From a virus (taxonomy: Duplodnaviria > Caudoviricetes), in IMG/VR virus record IMGVR_UViG_3300021958_011004, positions 1 to 64,000 of that record: a stretch of 64,000 bases of DNA; one strand, 5' to 3'. The notes below the pieces were generated by a model. It was given only the letters and a program-made list of their open reading frames with translations. It did not search any database and was not told the origin of the DNA. Position numbers and translations under genes: made by a program. How positions within the stretch are numbered: the stretch's first letter is position 1; each line of letters begins with the position of its first letter. This document shows, in pieces, positions 16,812 through 26,806 of the stretch.

Positions 16812-17990
16812 TTAGTCTTCTCGATATCTAACCCAAAGTAGAAAAGCAAGAAACATTAAAGAAAACCATCCTGGGTTGTCTGATACAACATTACAACCCT
16901 TGACAGGCTCAGTTATTTCATTATCAAGCTCGGGTAACTCTTCGTCTTCTTGTTCTTCAGCAACGACAACAGTTGCTGTGTCTTCTTCGGGATACCATCC
17001 AGTATCCACAGGCTCTTCAGCGGGTTCAATAGCAGGCTCAGAAGCGGGTTCTTCAACTACAGGCTCTTCAAAGTCAGGAGGAGGCATAATTTGAACATTT
17101 CCCAAGGAAAGCCCAAGATCGTAGTGAATAGGGTTCCACCAACCAAGATCAAAGTTAGCCGCAATGTTAAAGAAATCAATCGTAAAAGTCTGACCCTCTT
17201 CAACTTGGATTGCCAAAAAGTATTCATGATACGCGTTCTGATCATCTCTCACCCCTGTGTTTAAATACATATCCCATGCCATCACATCAGCGCGACCATC
17301 AACCTCTACGTCCCACTCATATAATGTAACCTCATACTGTGTCTGAACGCGATATTCAGATCCTACATATCCCTTTACCTGCACGTCGCCTGCTGCCTGC
17401 ATTGTACCTTCATCATCAAGTTGATACTCACCATGCGCCATGGCAGAACCTTCAGTGTTACCTCCAATCCCATATTGATTTGAGAATAGAACTTGCCCAT
17501 AAGCATCAATACCATAACTCTCAAAAGGAACAGACCAATCCCATCTAAATGCGCCGTTTGGATTGGCAACATCCTTAAGAGCTTCAACTGAAAGTGCGGG
17601 ATACTCACCCCAGTCTTGGAACTCATCGGCCCACAAATGACAATCAAAACCGCTCACCCAAGGTGCAGCATAACAATTGTCTCCAGGATTTGAACGTGCT
17701 TTAATTACTGCAACATAAAAGTCTGAACCTCTGTCAATTGAAGATTCAAACCAAAAGAACTCAATGATAGCATCAATTGAATTACCATAATCATCCGAGT
17801 TACCAGCATAAAGCGTATTACCTTCAAAAAACGCATATGGGTTTGTGGTTGCGTCTCCATTGGAATCATAAACTAAATCTAGAAGGACTTCGTTGTCACC
17901 TTCTAAAATCTGAGCACCGTTATATGAGGTCTCAGAGGTTGAGATGTCATCCGCATATAATAGCGAAGACATTAATAAAGTTGTTAACAT
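16812..17990 (-). CDS. secreted protein with C-terminal GC-TM-basic (MYXO-CTERM-like) sorting signal
   Basis: N-terminal signal peptide; Pro/Glu linker; tail KGCNVVSDNPGWFSLMFLAFLLWVRYRED. Confidence 0.75.
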   Translation of the reverse strand: MLTTLLMSSLLYADDISTSETSYNGAQILEGDNEVLLDLVYDSNGDATTNPYAFFEGNTLYAGNSDDYGNSIDAIIEFFWFESSIDRGSDFYVAVIKARSNPGDNCYAAPWVSGFDCHLWADEFQDWGEYPALSVEALKDVANPNGAFRWDWSVPFESYGIDAYGQVLFSNQYGIGGNTEGSAMAHGEYQLDDEGTMQAAGDVQVKGYVGSEYRVQTQYEVTLYEWDVEVDGRADVMAWDMYLNTGVRDDQNAYHEYFLAIQVEEGQTFTIDFFNIAANFDLGWWNPIHYDLGLSLGNVQIMPPPDFEEPVVEEPASEPAIEPAEEPVDTGWYPEEDTATVVVAEEQEDEELPELDNEITEPVKGCNVVSDNPGWFSLMFLAFLLWVRYRED

Positions 17991-18017
17991 TTAATCTCCG
18001 TTTGCAAAAACAGTTAT

Positions 18018-18046
18018 ATTATACCAAAAACAATTATAATTTGCAG
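18018..18046 (-). promoter_or_regulatory. promoter CTGCAA-N17-TATAAT
   Basis: Consensus match. Confidence 0.6.
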
Positions 18047-18063
18047 GTTTTGTGCAAAAACAG

Positions 18064-18534
18064 TTATTCTTCTGTAACCTCTACTGTTTCTTCTTCTTGT
18101 CTTTGTAGTTTTTCTCTTAGCTTTTTTTCTTCTTCGGGCAAACAATCTTCGGGAAGCATTGATCTTAACTTCTTTTTATACTCAATCATTTCAGGTTGTG
18201 TCCACTTTTTCTTTGGACAGAACTTTTCATAATCTTCTTGATCTTTAAGAAAAATTTCCAATGCTACCATGTTATTTTTTAAGTCTTCTGTTTTTTCGTC
18301 CATTGTTTCTATTTGCGTTTCTGTAGCGGCAAGAGTTTCAATAATTTCTTCTTTAAGATCTTCAGCTGCATTCTCGGACAATGGGGTGGGTGAAGGAGGA
18401 GGTTCTGGATTTTCTTCTTCTATTATTTCAGATTCATCCTCCAAAAATGTAGGTGGATCATCACTACCTTCATCTGCAGATACTTCAGCAGCACATGAAG
18501 TAAACAAAAGAATAAAAAGACCTGTGGTCATCAT
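18064..18534 (-). CDS. lipoprotein, coiled-coil
   Basis: Lipobox FTS-C; Pro-rich linker; helical C-terminus. Confidence 0.7.
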   Translation of the reverse strand: MMTTGLFILLFTSCAAEVSADEGSDDPPTFLEDESEIIEEENPEPPPSPTPLSENAAEDLKEEIIETLAATETQIETMDEKTEDLKNNMVALEIFLKDQEDYEKFCPKKKWTQPEMIEYKKKLRSMLPEDCLPEEEKKLREKLQRQEEETVEVTEE

Positions 18535-18809
18535 CGATCTCTCCGTGTAATAAGGTCTTCAATACGACCCAAGGTTGTTTTCATATATTCAATATCTTTT
18601 TCAATACTAATAATTCTCTTACCGTTTTCATCTAAGTCTTCAAATTTCTTTTCATATTGTGTGATAACTTGTTCAGCATCGCCCAAATCGTTTTGAAGCT
18701 CAGCTACTTTTACATTTGTAGTCCAAACCCAACCCGCAAGCGGAAGAACCAAAGCAGACATGATAAGAGAAAAAACTTTCCATAAATCGTCTTTTGTTAC
18801 ACTAGCCAT
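18531..18809 (-). CDS. N-terminal TM + coiled-coil membrane protein
   Basis: Hydrophobic segment FSLIMSALVLPLAGWVW followed by heptads. Confidence 0.7.
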   Translation of the reverse strand: MASVTKDDLWKVFSLIMSALVLPLAGWVWTTNVKVAELQNDLGDAEQVITQYEKKFEDLDENGKRIISIEKDIEYMKTTLGRIEDLITRRDR

Positions 18810-19087
18810 TTTTATCTCCTTTTAACAACACATAAATAGGTTTGTCATCTCGTTTCATCTTCTTTATTTTCAGCTCTTCTTTACACGCTTCTGACCTAGA
18901 ACACACACTAAAAAAGCATAACAACTCAACGGGCCTTCTACTTCTTGTATACTTTGCACCCTTACTTGAATTGTTATGCTCAGATAAACGACGTTGCAAA
19001 TCTGTGGTTATGCCCGTATAATAACTGTTATCACTACATTTTAAGAGATAAACGTACCAATGTTTATCTATGTTAATAGTAATCACC
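18802..19087 (-). CDS. GIY-YIG nuclease family protein (start uncertain)
   Basis: WYVYLLKCSDNSYYTGITTDLQRRLSEHN...KYTRSRRPV...E. Confidence 0.85.
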
Positions 19088-19507
19088 CCTGTCAGGACGT
19101 CTAGGATCTTGAATAAATCTACTATTTGCAAAACCGCTTGGTTCTTCATCATAATCATCAAAGCCAGCTTCTAGGTCTTCATCTGAATCTTCAAAATAAA
19201 CTCTAGTGTGATCATCAGCTTCAAGTGTAAATTCAGGTCTCATTGGCGGTTCTTGAGCTTTTACCCTGAAGGGTTCTTCTTTGGCAAGCTCAAGGTCAAA
19301 TTTAGCCATAAAACTTAACAATTCTTCATTGCTCATGACAGTATTGACAGAATCTCTAACAGCAACTGATACTATTCCTTTATCGTCTACTTCAATTTGA
19401 TACAAGTCCCTATAGTCAGAACCTATCCCTTTCTCAATTGGATCATCGCCACCCTGAGCTATAGCTTCTTTAATTAGTCTTCTTAATTGTCTTCTTGTTA
19501 TTTTCAT
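19073..19507 (-). CDS. hypothetical protein with MKITRRQLRRLIKE leader
   Basis: Member of the leader family; GGAG SD. Confidence 0.8.
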   Translation of the reverse strand: MKITRRQLRRLIKEAIAQGGDDPIEKGIGSDYRDLYQIEVDDKGIVSVAVRDSVNTVMSNEELLSFMAKFDLELAKEEPFRVKAQEPPMRPEFTLEADDHTRVYFEDSDEDLEAGFDDYDEEPSGFANSRFIQDPRRPDRGDYY

Positions 19508-19552
19508 CTTAACTCCAACACGTTATTATTAATTATTCTGAAGTATAATAAT

Positions 19553-20272
19553 TTACCTACGCTTTGGCAAGAAAACTCTAGCCGCTCCACCACCATAATG
19601 ACTCAACATCTGACGACCTCTGAAATCTGATGTTTCTGTTCCGTCACCCTGCGCAATTGAAATATGTCCTGACTTGCTATTACCTTTTCCCCAAACTACA
19701 ATTGCACCTGCAGGTAAAGAAGAAAGACTTGTTGCAGAGGCTTCAATAAACAAATCTTTCTTTGCTGCCAATTGATCAGCTGCCATGTAAGCGTGACCCC
19801 CATAGAGAAACCTCTCAATTGTTTTGTCAACTGCATTTGCAACATGAAAATAACACATGCCTGTTGACTTAGTTCTACCTGCAGTCTCAGCTAAACTAGC
19901 TGCAGCTAATTCTCTACCAATGGTTGGACTGTATTCTTCAGGTTGTGATTCTTGTGGTTGCTCTTCTCTTTGCGAGGCAACATCTGTTATTGAAAACGTA
20001 ATAACATCACCGGGATGAATTATCTCTTTCCAGTCGTTTGCTGACTGAACATTCTCAATTGGAACATCGTATTTTTTAGCAATTGACCAATAAGATTCTC
20101 CACTAACAACTGTATGAGTAACCTCATTGTTTCCATTTAACATTGCTAATCTTTCTTGATTTGAACCAAAGTCTTGAATGTTTTGTTGAATCAATGTCTG
20201 ATCAGCGCCCTGAGTTACATTGGTGTGTTGTAGTGATTTCATATTAACCTCTCTGCTACTTTTATTATACAC
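19553..20272 (-). CDS. LysM + CHAP/NlpC-like peptidoglycan hydrolase (start possibly 20242)
   Basis: HTVVSGESYWSIAKKY...IHPGDVI (LysM); GMCY...GAIVVW...GHISI Cys/His dyad. Confidence 0.8.
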   Translation of the reverse strand: MYNKSSREVNMKSLQHTNVTQGADQTLIQQNIQDFGSNQERLAMLNGNNEVTHTVVSGESYWSIAKKYDVPIENVQSANDWKEIIHPGDVITFSITDVASQREEQPQESQPEEYSPTIGRELAAASLAETAGRTKSTGMCYFHVANAVDKTIERFLYGGHAYMAADQLAAKKDLFIEASATSLSSLPAGAIVVWGKGNSKSGHISIAQGDGTETSDFRGRQMLSHYGGGAARVFLPKRR

Positions 20273-20291
20273 AGACTTTTTTGTAATAAAA

Positions 20292-20680
20292 TGGTGGAGC
20301 CGAGGGGATTTGCACCCCTGTCCGCAGCAGTCTTAGTTTGAGTCATCCACAAGCTTGTCTGATTATTTCTCTAACCAGAAAGATAGCCACCTTTTTTCAC
20401 ATCCAACTCTTGTGTGGCCTTAGAGTTCCACCTGCTACCAACAGGGTAACCATTTCGGATTCGGCCGAGTCCGGAGACTCCCTTATAACTTTATCGTCTC
20501 ATCCATCTGACTAACCTCTTGTTTTACACCGGAAGAGATACCGGCGTGATTAAGCAGCTAAAGCTACAGAATCATAGTGTGCGTTATTGTTGGCACTTAT
20601 AAAATTTGAACTGTTAAGGACGTATCTTCCCTGCTTGCACTCTCCCCTTGATTCTACCCCGTCGAATCTAAATCGGCCCC
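20292..20680 (-). ncRNA. ssrA: tmRNA; tag (A)ANNNAHYDSVALAA at 20550-20594
   Basis: GGGGCCG/CGGCTCC-ACCA tRNA-like domain with G3-U70; GATTCGAC 5' motif; ATAAGT-GCC resume context; tag ends LAA-stop. Confidence 0.95.
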
Positions 20681-20709
20681 TTAAATTGTTATTAATTATA
20701 TTATAAAAA

Positions 20710-21033
20710 CTAATGTTCATGATTACATGAATGAACTTCTTTTGCTTTCTTCCCTGTAACTTTTATCCATGCTGCCCACAAGAAGGGAACAACAAGCCAA
20801 TGTAAACAAAATAGAATACTAGCCGGTATCAAAGCAAAAAATCCTGGATGGACAACCTTACCTAAATAGCCAAACATTAAAGGAAACAATAAGTCCTCAA
20901 TAATCTCCCATCCAATTATTATCACAACAAGCGCCAAGCCATGTTCTCTGAAAGTGGCTTTTATACTATTTAGACTTATGTGTTCTAGTTTGTGTGACAA
21001 CCGTTTTTTAATCCACTGAAACATTATTTTCAC
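20710..21033 (-). CDS. membrane protein, hypothetical
   Basis: Two or three hydrophobic segments. Confidence 0.7.
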   Translation of the reverse strand: MKIMFQWIKKRLSHKLEHISLNSIKATFREHGLALVVIIIGWEIIEDLLFPLMFGYLGKVVHPGFFALIPASILFCLHWLVVPFLWAAWIKVTGKKAKEVHSCNHEH

Positions 21034-21274
21034 CCTTAGAAACTATTTCTAAATAATCTTCAATTATCAGAACATTACGACCCGTAGCTAGCATTAGAAA
21101 TATTAACCTTTTATTATTTTGCAAAATATCATTTTCAAAGGAATCACTTCTGTCCGGTGAGACGCTAATAACAAGCATAGGAGAACGCCAGCAATTATCA
21201 TCAGCACTAACAGGTAAATGCTTTACGAAATCCTTCTTTATTCTTACTAGGTCTCCCGGACAGATTGGATTCAT
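21008..21274 (-). CDS. small hypothetical protein (GDLV motif)
   Basis: ICPGDLVRI. Confidence 0.6.
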   Translation of the reverse strand: MNPICPGDLVRIKKDFVKHLPVSADDNCWRSPMLVISVSPDRSDSFENDILQNNKRLIFLMLATGRNVLIIEDYLEIVSKGENNVSVD

Positions 21275-21277
21275 AAA

Positions 21278-21517
21278 CTATTCTTCAGTATCAAAATCTT
21301 TGGTAAGATGTTCAACAATGTTATCAAGTTCATTAACATCTTCACCAAACTCAATGCGCTTCTTGACAACACGGAGTGCTTCACGCAAAACCTTTGGTTT
21401 AAAATAATTTTTATAATCATCAAAAAGGTCTTTCTTGTCTTGCTGCAAGAGTCTGATTTCATTTTCAATTCTTCGAAGCTTTGAAACAAATTCTTCTAGT
21501 TTTTTCTCATCATTCAT
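21278..21517 (-). CDS. DUF2312/GapR- or T4 DsbA-like DNA-binding protein
   Basis: LEEFVSKLRRIENEIRLLQQDKKDLFDDYK..FKPKVLREALRV. Confidence 0.7.
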   Translation of the reverse strand: MNDEKKLEEFVSKLRRIENEIRLLQQDKKDLFDDYKNYFKPKVLREALRVVKKRIEFGEDVNELDNIVEHLTKDFDTEE

Positions 21518-21521
21518 TTGA

Positions 21522-21779
21522 TTATCTCCTTTTCATCTTTTTCAAATCAGTTTCATTGAATGAACAGTATTGCGGGAGAATACAGGTATAACGATAGTCA
21601 GTTTGGCATCTTACTTCAAATACTGTGCCATGCTTTTCTTCGAATATCCTGTTAATCTCGCCCCACTTGATGGAATTGTCATAATCTAAGTAATAACAAA
21701 ACTCACCAACTTTTGCTGTATTGATGTCATCACCAACACGAATATTAATTTCTTTTTCTTTTCTTTTTCTTCTTGCCAT
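21522..21779 (-). CDS. hypothetical protein
   Basis: ORF track. Confidence 0.65.
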   Translation of the reverse strand: MARRKRKEKEINIRVGDDINTAKVGEFCYYLDYDNSIKWGEINRIFEEKHGTVFEVRCQTDYRYTCILPQYCSFNETDLKKMKRR

Positions 21780-21788
21780 GTAGTAAAA

Positions 21789-22019
21789 TTACAGTATAGT
21801 ACTGCATTTTACATAACGTGACCAAATTTGTGTTTCTTTTTTTTCAAAGCTATATAACTTCATTGTCCTGCTAGATAGCTCAAGAACAAGACACATGTGA
21901 CTTTTCCATTCATCCCATGGAACTTCAACTTTAACAATGTCACCGACTTTTACGTTTGCTTTTGTAATAGATGTATTAGTATTAGCTCTCGCAATGTCTC
22001 CTATACATAACTTTTTCAT
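21789..22019 (-). CDS. small hypothetical protein (GDIV motif)
   Basis: VKVGDIVKV...CLVLE. Confidence 0.6.
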   Translation of the reverse strand: MKKLCIGDIARANTNTSITKANVKVGDIVKVEVPWDEWKSHMCLVLELSSRTMKLYSFEKKETQIWSRYVKCSTIL

Positions 22020-22039
22020 TGACCCCCATCATGAAAAGT

Positions 22040-22453
22040 TTACTTAAATAATCTGTCTCTTAACTTTTGAAAGAACAAACCGAACCTACCTTTTTTCTGC
22101 TCAAATGATTTTATACCGCCATCAATGGTTGTTTCAATCCAATTGACTAGATTCTCACGTGACTCTGGATCTTTCATTGTGTCATAAGCATGTTTTAAGG
22201 CTCCAAACAAAGCAGCTTTAACTTCTGCTTCTGTGTTTAGCTTTGTCTCTTTTCCCGCTTCTTTTATAAAAGCTTGAATTTTTTGACCCAGCATTCTTAA
22301 AACAATTGATATCCCACTGTCAGTACCATTATCATAATTGATTGGTATTTCAATATCGGGTAACTTTTCTTCTTCAGCAGCTTCTTCAGCCGCCTCTTGT
22401 TCAAAGAGAAAACTTTCAATTAGTGTGTTTAATTCTTTTCTTGTTAATTTCAT
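22040..22453 (-). CDS. hypothetical protein with MKLTRKELNTLIE leader and FEQE acidic patch
   Basis: Member of the leader family. Confidence 0.75.
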   Translation of the reverse strand: MKLTRKELNTLIESFLFEQEAAEEAAEEEKLPDIEIPINYDNGTDSGISIVLRMLGQKIQAFIKEAGKETKLNTEAEVKAALFGALKHAYDTMKDPESRENLVNWIETTIDGGIKSFEQKKGRFGLFFQKLRDRLFK

Positions 22454-22511
22454 GTCGTAACCATAACCTTATTAACTTAATTATGGTTCTTCAAAAGACT
22501 TTGCAAGAAAA

Positions 22512-22712
22512 CTATCGGCGGCTTTGACGCATCTCGTTTTTACGACGACGTTTTTCTGCTGCTTTCTTTTTTTCTTTTTTAGCTACAGAAGGTTTTGAAT
22601 AAAACTCATGCTTTTTATAGTCTCTAAGAATCCCTTCTTTTTCAACTAAACGTTTGAACTTTCTATAAGCTTTCTCAAAACTATCGTTTCTCTTCAGTCT
22701 GACTGTTGCCAT
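22512..22712 (-). CDS. rpsU: 30S ribosomal protein S21 (bS21)
   Basis: SFEKAYRKFKRLVEKEGILRDYKKHEFYSKPSV..K.KK.AA.KRR. Confidence 0.93.
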   Translation of the reverse strand: MATVRLKRNDSFEKAYRKFKRLVEKEGILRDYKKHEFYSKPSVAKKEKKKAAEKRRRKNEMRQSRR

Positions 22713-22799
22713 TTTTTCTCCATTATCTAGATAACAACTATGATTATAATCTTTTTTAAATCATGTTAAAACATAGTATTATAAATATTCGGAGGTTTA

Positions 22800-23480
22800 A
22801 TGTTTATCTACAATGACAACATCGGTTTTGTTGAGTATGTTCAACACATGGGTGATGACCTAACAATCGTAAATGCAGCAAGAGTTAGCTTTGGCAAACA
22901 AAAATCAGCGCTCGATGTCAGAGACGAGAAGCTAATAAAATACCTAATTGCCAACAAACACACATCTACTTTAGAACATAATGTTGTTACCTTTAGATTC
23001 AAGGTACCACTTTTCGTAAGAGGTCAACATCACAGACACAGAACGTGGTCTTACAACGAAGTCAGTAGAAGATACACAGAAGAGAACTTACAATTCTATG
23101 AGCCGACTTCTTTTAGAACTCAACACAAATCAAATCGTCAAGCAAGCAATGAAGACCAGGTCAATCCTGTAATATGGCCTGACTTAGCAGACCCAGACTA
23201 TGGCACATGCGCGGCAGAAGCCATCAAAAATCATCACCAAACTTCACTTGACCTATATAACAGGCTAGTTAGCGAAGGTGTCTGTAGAGAGCAGGCGCGT
23301 GGCGTTCTGCCTCAGAATCTTTATACTGAGTATTACGGCACGACAAATCTTAACAACTTAATTAAGTTTATTAAACTAAGAGAAGATTCGCATGCTCAAT
23401 GGGAGATTCAACAAGTCGCTCGGGCTTGTAGAGAAATAGTAACTGAATTATGGCCAGTAGCAATGAAACACTTAGAATAA
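22800..23480 (+). CDS. thyX: FAD-dependent thymidylate synthase
   Basis: IVNAARVSF, HTSTLEH, RHRTWSYNEVSRRY, REQARGVLP, HAQWEI. Confidence 0.95.
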   Translation: MFIYNDNIGFVEYVQHMGDDLTIVNAARVSFGKQKSALDVRDEKLIKYLIANKHTSTLEHNVVTFRFKVPLFVRGQHHRHRTWSYNEVSRRYTEENLQFYEPTSFRTQHKSNRQASNEDQVNPVIWPDLADPDYGTCAAEAIKNHHQTSLDLYNRLVSEGVCREQARGVLPQNLYTEYYGTTNLNNLIKFIKLREDSHAQWEIQQVARACREIVTELWPVAMKHLE

Positions 23481-24740
23481 CAAGTTAAGTCTTCTTCTAA
23501 TTGCTTCTCTGATAATTCTTCTAATTTTAGATTCTGAGACAGGTTTCTCAGATTTAACTTTTTGTGCAATACCACCACCCAAGACATCAACAATAAATTC
23601 ACCTGTCACTTTAAAAGGATAGGGACTGAATTGTTCATCTCTAATGACGACACCTTCATGATTTGTTTCTTCACCAATCATGTCACCTATTTCTGAAGTT
23701 AATCCTTTTAAGAAATCATTACCAAGTAGTCTTGTAGCATGCATTAAAACTGCACCATCAATTAATGCTCTAACTCCATCAGCATCTTCAGTAGAAACTA
23801 CAAGAGTATCTAAAGGTGTATTGCCCTCTAAGATAGCTAAATATATTCTTTTGTCAAACGGACTAATACGTCTACCATCAGTGGATTTATACATTGTGTC
23901 GTATCTACCAACATACTGTGCTGGTTTAACAATAATTTCTGAGAGCCAATCTTTAAGAGGTCTTCCTTGTAGATGGTCAATTCCACCAAAATTGTCATTA
24001 TATTCTTCAGAGACATTAACTCTAAATGGTGTGTTTAAAGAAGAAGAATAGTCAATTGTTACATCTTCTTTTTTCTGCGTCGGTATTGGGCCAAAGACTT
24101 TAAACCCATGTTTTTGAGAAACAGTATTTAATTTGTTAATCAAAGACATCATAGCCTGTGAATCATATGGCACTTCAACAGAACCTGATTTTTTATTATC
24201 TGGATTAGGTAAACCGTCTCTAGTCTTTATTAAGCTCACACCTGTTTGTGCAGCTATTTTCTTTGGGACCCTAGAATACTTTTCATAAAAAGCATTAACA
24301 CCATGAATTGCAATAAAATTCATTGAATAGCCAACAGCGTTTGTAGCACCCATAACATACTCTGTGTTTAAGAAATAGTGTGGGTTATCAACAAGTCCTA
24401 AAGTCTTTAGCTCGGGCTTAATCATGGGTAGTGCTTCATTTAAAATAGTAAGTAGATTTGTAATTGCAGGAATCATGCCGTGATTCTCTCCAAATCTTTC
24501 TCCTATTCTTGATAAAGTAACACCTTCAACGTCAATAGGTTTTTGAGAACCTCTATCTACTGCAAATTCATTACCAGCAAGCTTAAAAGAAACATTGATA
24601 CCGTCAATTTTAACGTTAATTAATTCTGCTGCTTGTTGTGCGTAAGATTTTAAATCATCAAAAATCTCAATTAAGTCATTTCCGGATTGCACCCTTTCTA
24701 AGTCAAAAGGATGTCTCATATGTCCACCAGCGCCACCCAT
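23472..24740 (-). CDS. ATP-dependent ligase-like (covalent nucleotidyltransferase) protein; C-terminal ESKIRRIIRE motif
   Basis: KIDGIN (motif I), EGVVIR (motif IV), FKVTG (motif V); GGAGGHMRHPFD N-terminus. Confidence 0.7.
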   Translation of the reverse strand: MGGAGGHMRHPFDLERVQSGNDLIEIFDDLKSYAQQAAELINVKIDGINVSFKLAGNEFAVDRGSQKPIDVEGVTLSRIGERFGENHGMIPAITNLLTILNEALPMIKPELKTLGLVDNPHYFLNTEYVMGATNAVGYSMNFIAIHGVNAFYEKYSRVPKKIAAQTGVSLIKTRDGLPNPDNKKSGSVEVPYDSQAMMSLINKLNTVSQKHGFKVFGPIPTQKKEDVTIDYSSSLNTPFRVNVSEEYNDNFGGIDHLQGRPLKDWLSEIIVKPAQYVGRYDTMYKSTDGRRISPFDKRIYLAILEGNTPLDTLVVSTEDADGVRALIDGAVLMHATRLLGNDFLKGLTSEIGDMIGEETNHEGVVIRDEQFSPYPFKVTGEFIVDVLGGGIAQKVKSEKPVSESKIRRIIREAIRRRLNLLF

Positions 24741-24768
24741 GTGTGTCTCCTTTAAATAATACTAATTA

Positions 24769-25359
24769 TTAACTAGGACTAGAATTATCATCATCATCCC
24801 CTGGGTCTTTTTTTACAGGAGGTTTCTTTTTAGGCTTTACCTTCTTATCTTTGTTGTCTTTTTCTTTTAATGCAGCCTTATAACTGTTTGCTTCACCTGA
24901 AGGCTTTTCAAACTTTAAAACTTTTAACTTTGTTGGTTTCTTGTCCGGAACCTCTTTCTTTTTAGTTCCCGGGTTTGAAGGTTTTCTAGGTTTTGGTTTA
25001 ACATCACCTGTAATTACATCAACAGGTACACCCATGATAAAAGAATGAGCCAATAACATCATGTGTTCAACAAATTCATCAGCATTGTTAAATGAAACGC
25101 TATCATTACAAAACTCGTCTATAAACAACCAGCCTCTGTCAGATAACCTTTCAATTGCGCCACTTACAGGAGCAATGCTTCCATATTCATCAAAGTACAT
25201 ACAAGTTATTCTAACACGTCCAGTTGTATGGTTTGTAGCGCCAGGATAAGTCCATCTAATTGCAAACACGGCATTTGTAACAGATAAATCCTCTTCAGTT
25301 AGACATGTCTGAGTATAAAGTTTTCTATACTCAAAATCACTTTGAAATTCTTCACTCAT
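24769..25359 (-). CDS. hypothetical protein with Lys-rich tail
   Basis: ORF track. Confidence 0.7.
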   Translation of the reverse strand: MSEEFQSDFEYRKLYTQTCLTEEDLSVTNAVFAIRWTYPGATNHTTGRVRITCMYFDEYGSIAPVSGAIERLSDRGWLFIDEFCNDSVSFNNADEFVEHMMLLAHSFIMGVPVDVITGDVKPKPRKPSNPGTKKKEVPDKKPTKLKVLKFEKPSGEANSYKAALKEKDNKDKKVKPKKKPPVKKDPGDDDDNSSPS

Positions 25360-25604
25360 GTTTCCACCATTATTTCTATTTCTTCCAATGCTGCATACAT
25401 TATGTCGCCACGTCTGAAGTCTTTAGATTCTACATCAGAATAAAAAGTTATATACTTTTGATTGTTACGTTGTGTTAAAACAATGTCTTTACCATTTTTA
25501 AAGAACTTTATGTATGCTTTAAAATCATTTGGCAAGTCTCTAAACTTATTATAGCCAAAGACATGCGCATAATATTCTATTTCCGCGAAAGGGTTGTCGT
25601 CCAT
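25356..25604 (-). CDS. hypothetical protein
   Basis: ORF track; SD. Confidence 0.6.
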   Translation of the reverse strand: MDDNPFAEIEYYAHVFGYNKFRDLPNDFKAYIKFFKNGKDIVLTQRNNQKYITFYSDVESKDFRRGDIMYAALEEIEIMVET

Positions 25605-25606
25605 GT

Positions 25607-25810
25607 TTACTTCCTAAAAGCTTTGCTTACTTTGACGGGTTTATTAGTATATTCTTCTGGTTCTTCTTCAGTAGGGTCAATGACACCATAACCTGATATT
25701 TGACGAGGAGCATGAGGGTGTCCAGCGCTATAACCTCTTCCACCTCGAACATTAATAACTTTTTGTCTAAGTTCCAGTTCCTCTATGATTGTCATCATTA
25801 TTTCTGTCAT
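25607..25810 (-). CDS. hypothetical protein
   Basis: ORF track. Confidence 0.6.
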   Translation of the reverse strand: MTEIMMTIIEELELRQKVINVRGGRGYSAGHPHAPRQISGYGVIDPTEEEPEEYTNKPVKVSKAFRK

Positions 25811-25949
25811 CTTCTTTCACCTTAATGTATTTTTTATATGTAATTATTCCAAAAGAAAGTAAAACACATGCTGTTAAAGACACAGCAATAACAAATTCTC
25901 CTGTTTTATCAACAGCACTGTTAAACTTTCGAGCAAAACATTTTTTCAT
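25767..25949 (-). CDS. small single-TM protein
   Basis: ORF track; ATGA coupling. Confidence 0.5.
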   Translation of the reverse strand: MKKCFARKFNSAVDKTGEFVIAVSLTACVLLSFGIITYKKYIKVKEDDRNNDDNHRGTGT

Positions 25950-26161
25950 TTTAAAATCTCGTGCGTAATAAAAAAGTATAATGATACTATACTGATAGCG
26001 AAGAAAGCGTATTCAAGTGTTTTGATGCAACCGTCAACAAACTTATAGAATGTTGAAACGCAAAGCTTGTCATATTCTTCTTCATCTTCTATTATATTAT
26101 AATAAAAGGCGTTTCTATTTTGCACGTATGATTTAAAGGCATTGTATTTTTTCAATATCAT
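25946..26161 (-). CDS. small protein with C-terminal TM
   Basis: ORF track. Confidence 0.55.
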   Translation of the reverse strand: MILKKYNAFKSYVQNRNAFYYNIIEDEEEYDKLCVSTFYKFVDGCIKTLEYAFFAISIVSLYFFITHEILK

Positions 26162-26339
26162 TTGAGTCCACCATGATGCTACCGTTGCTTGTGTAAACCA
26201 ACAAGAAATTACCTTTTAGGGTTGACCTCTTGTTAATCCTGGAGTTGATCTTTTTGGCGTAATTGGTTTGGTGTAGAACTAGTCCTAGTTTACCAGATTT
26301 AAGTCTAACTAAGCATCCTGTCCAATTTAATCGGGCCAC
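26133..26339 (-). CDS. small hypothetical protein
   Basis: GCLVRLKSGKLGLVL, SH3-like. Confidence 0.55.
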   Translation of the reverse strand: MARLNWTGCLVRLKSGKLGLVLHQTNYAKKINSRINKRSTLKGNFLLVYTSNGSIMVDSNDIEKIQCL

Positions 26340-26635
26340 TTTAAGAACTCAATGAAATTACCGTCCGGGTCTCTGATGTAACAGGACTCAGAGCCGTCTC
26401 TATGTTTTTTAAAGACTTTCGAACTTAACTTTTCACTGATAAACTTATCATCAACTTCAAAACAAAAATGTGGAGGATGTTGATTAGGAGATACTAATGC
26501 TATTCTTGCACCAGCTATTTCCATCATCGCCCAGGTATCATCCTCATACAAAACTTTGGCATCATAGTTTTCAATATACCACTTTACAGAATTAGCAATG
26601 TTTTCTGATTGTAATGCTACGTGATCAAACTTCAT
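26327..26635 (-). CDS. VOC/glyoxalase family protein
   Basis: FDHVAL...SVKWY...HFCFEV...YIRDPDGNFIEF. Confidence 0.88.
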   Translation of the reverse strand: MKFDHVALQSENIANSVKWYIENYDAKVLYEDDTWAMMEIAGARIALVSPNQHPPHFCFEVDDKFISEKLSSKVFKKHRDGSESCYIRDPDGNFIEFLKWPD

Positions 26636-26806
26636 TTAAAATCTCTTCAGGATTTGTGACTTCTTCCATATGCTTAGTAATTATCGTGGAGCCTGCCGGA
26701 CCTCTCGACTTTATTTCAACTATCTTGTAGATTTTATTGTTAATTACTGTAAATGTTTTGCGTACCGTCATAACAAAACATTACAACGATACACATCTTT
26801 TTACAA

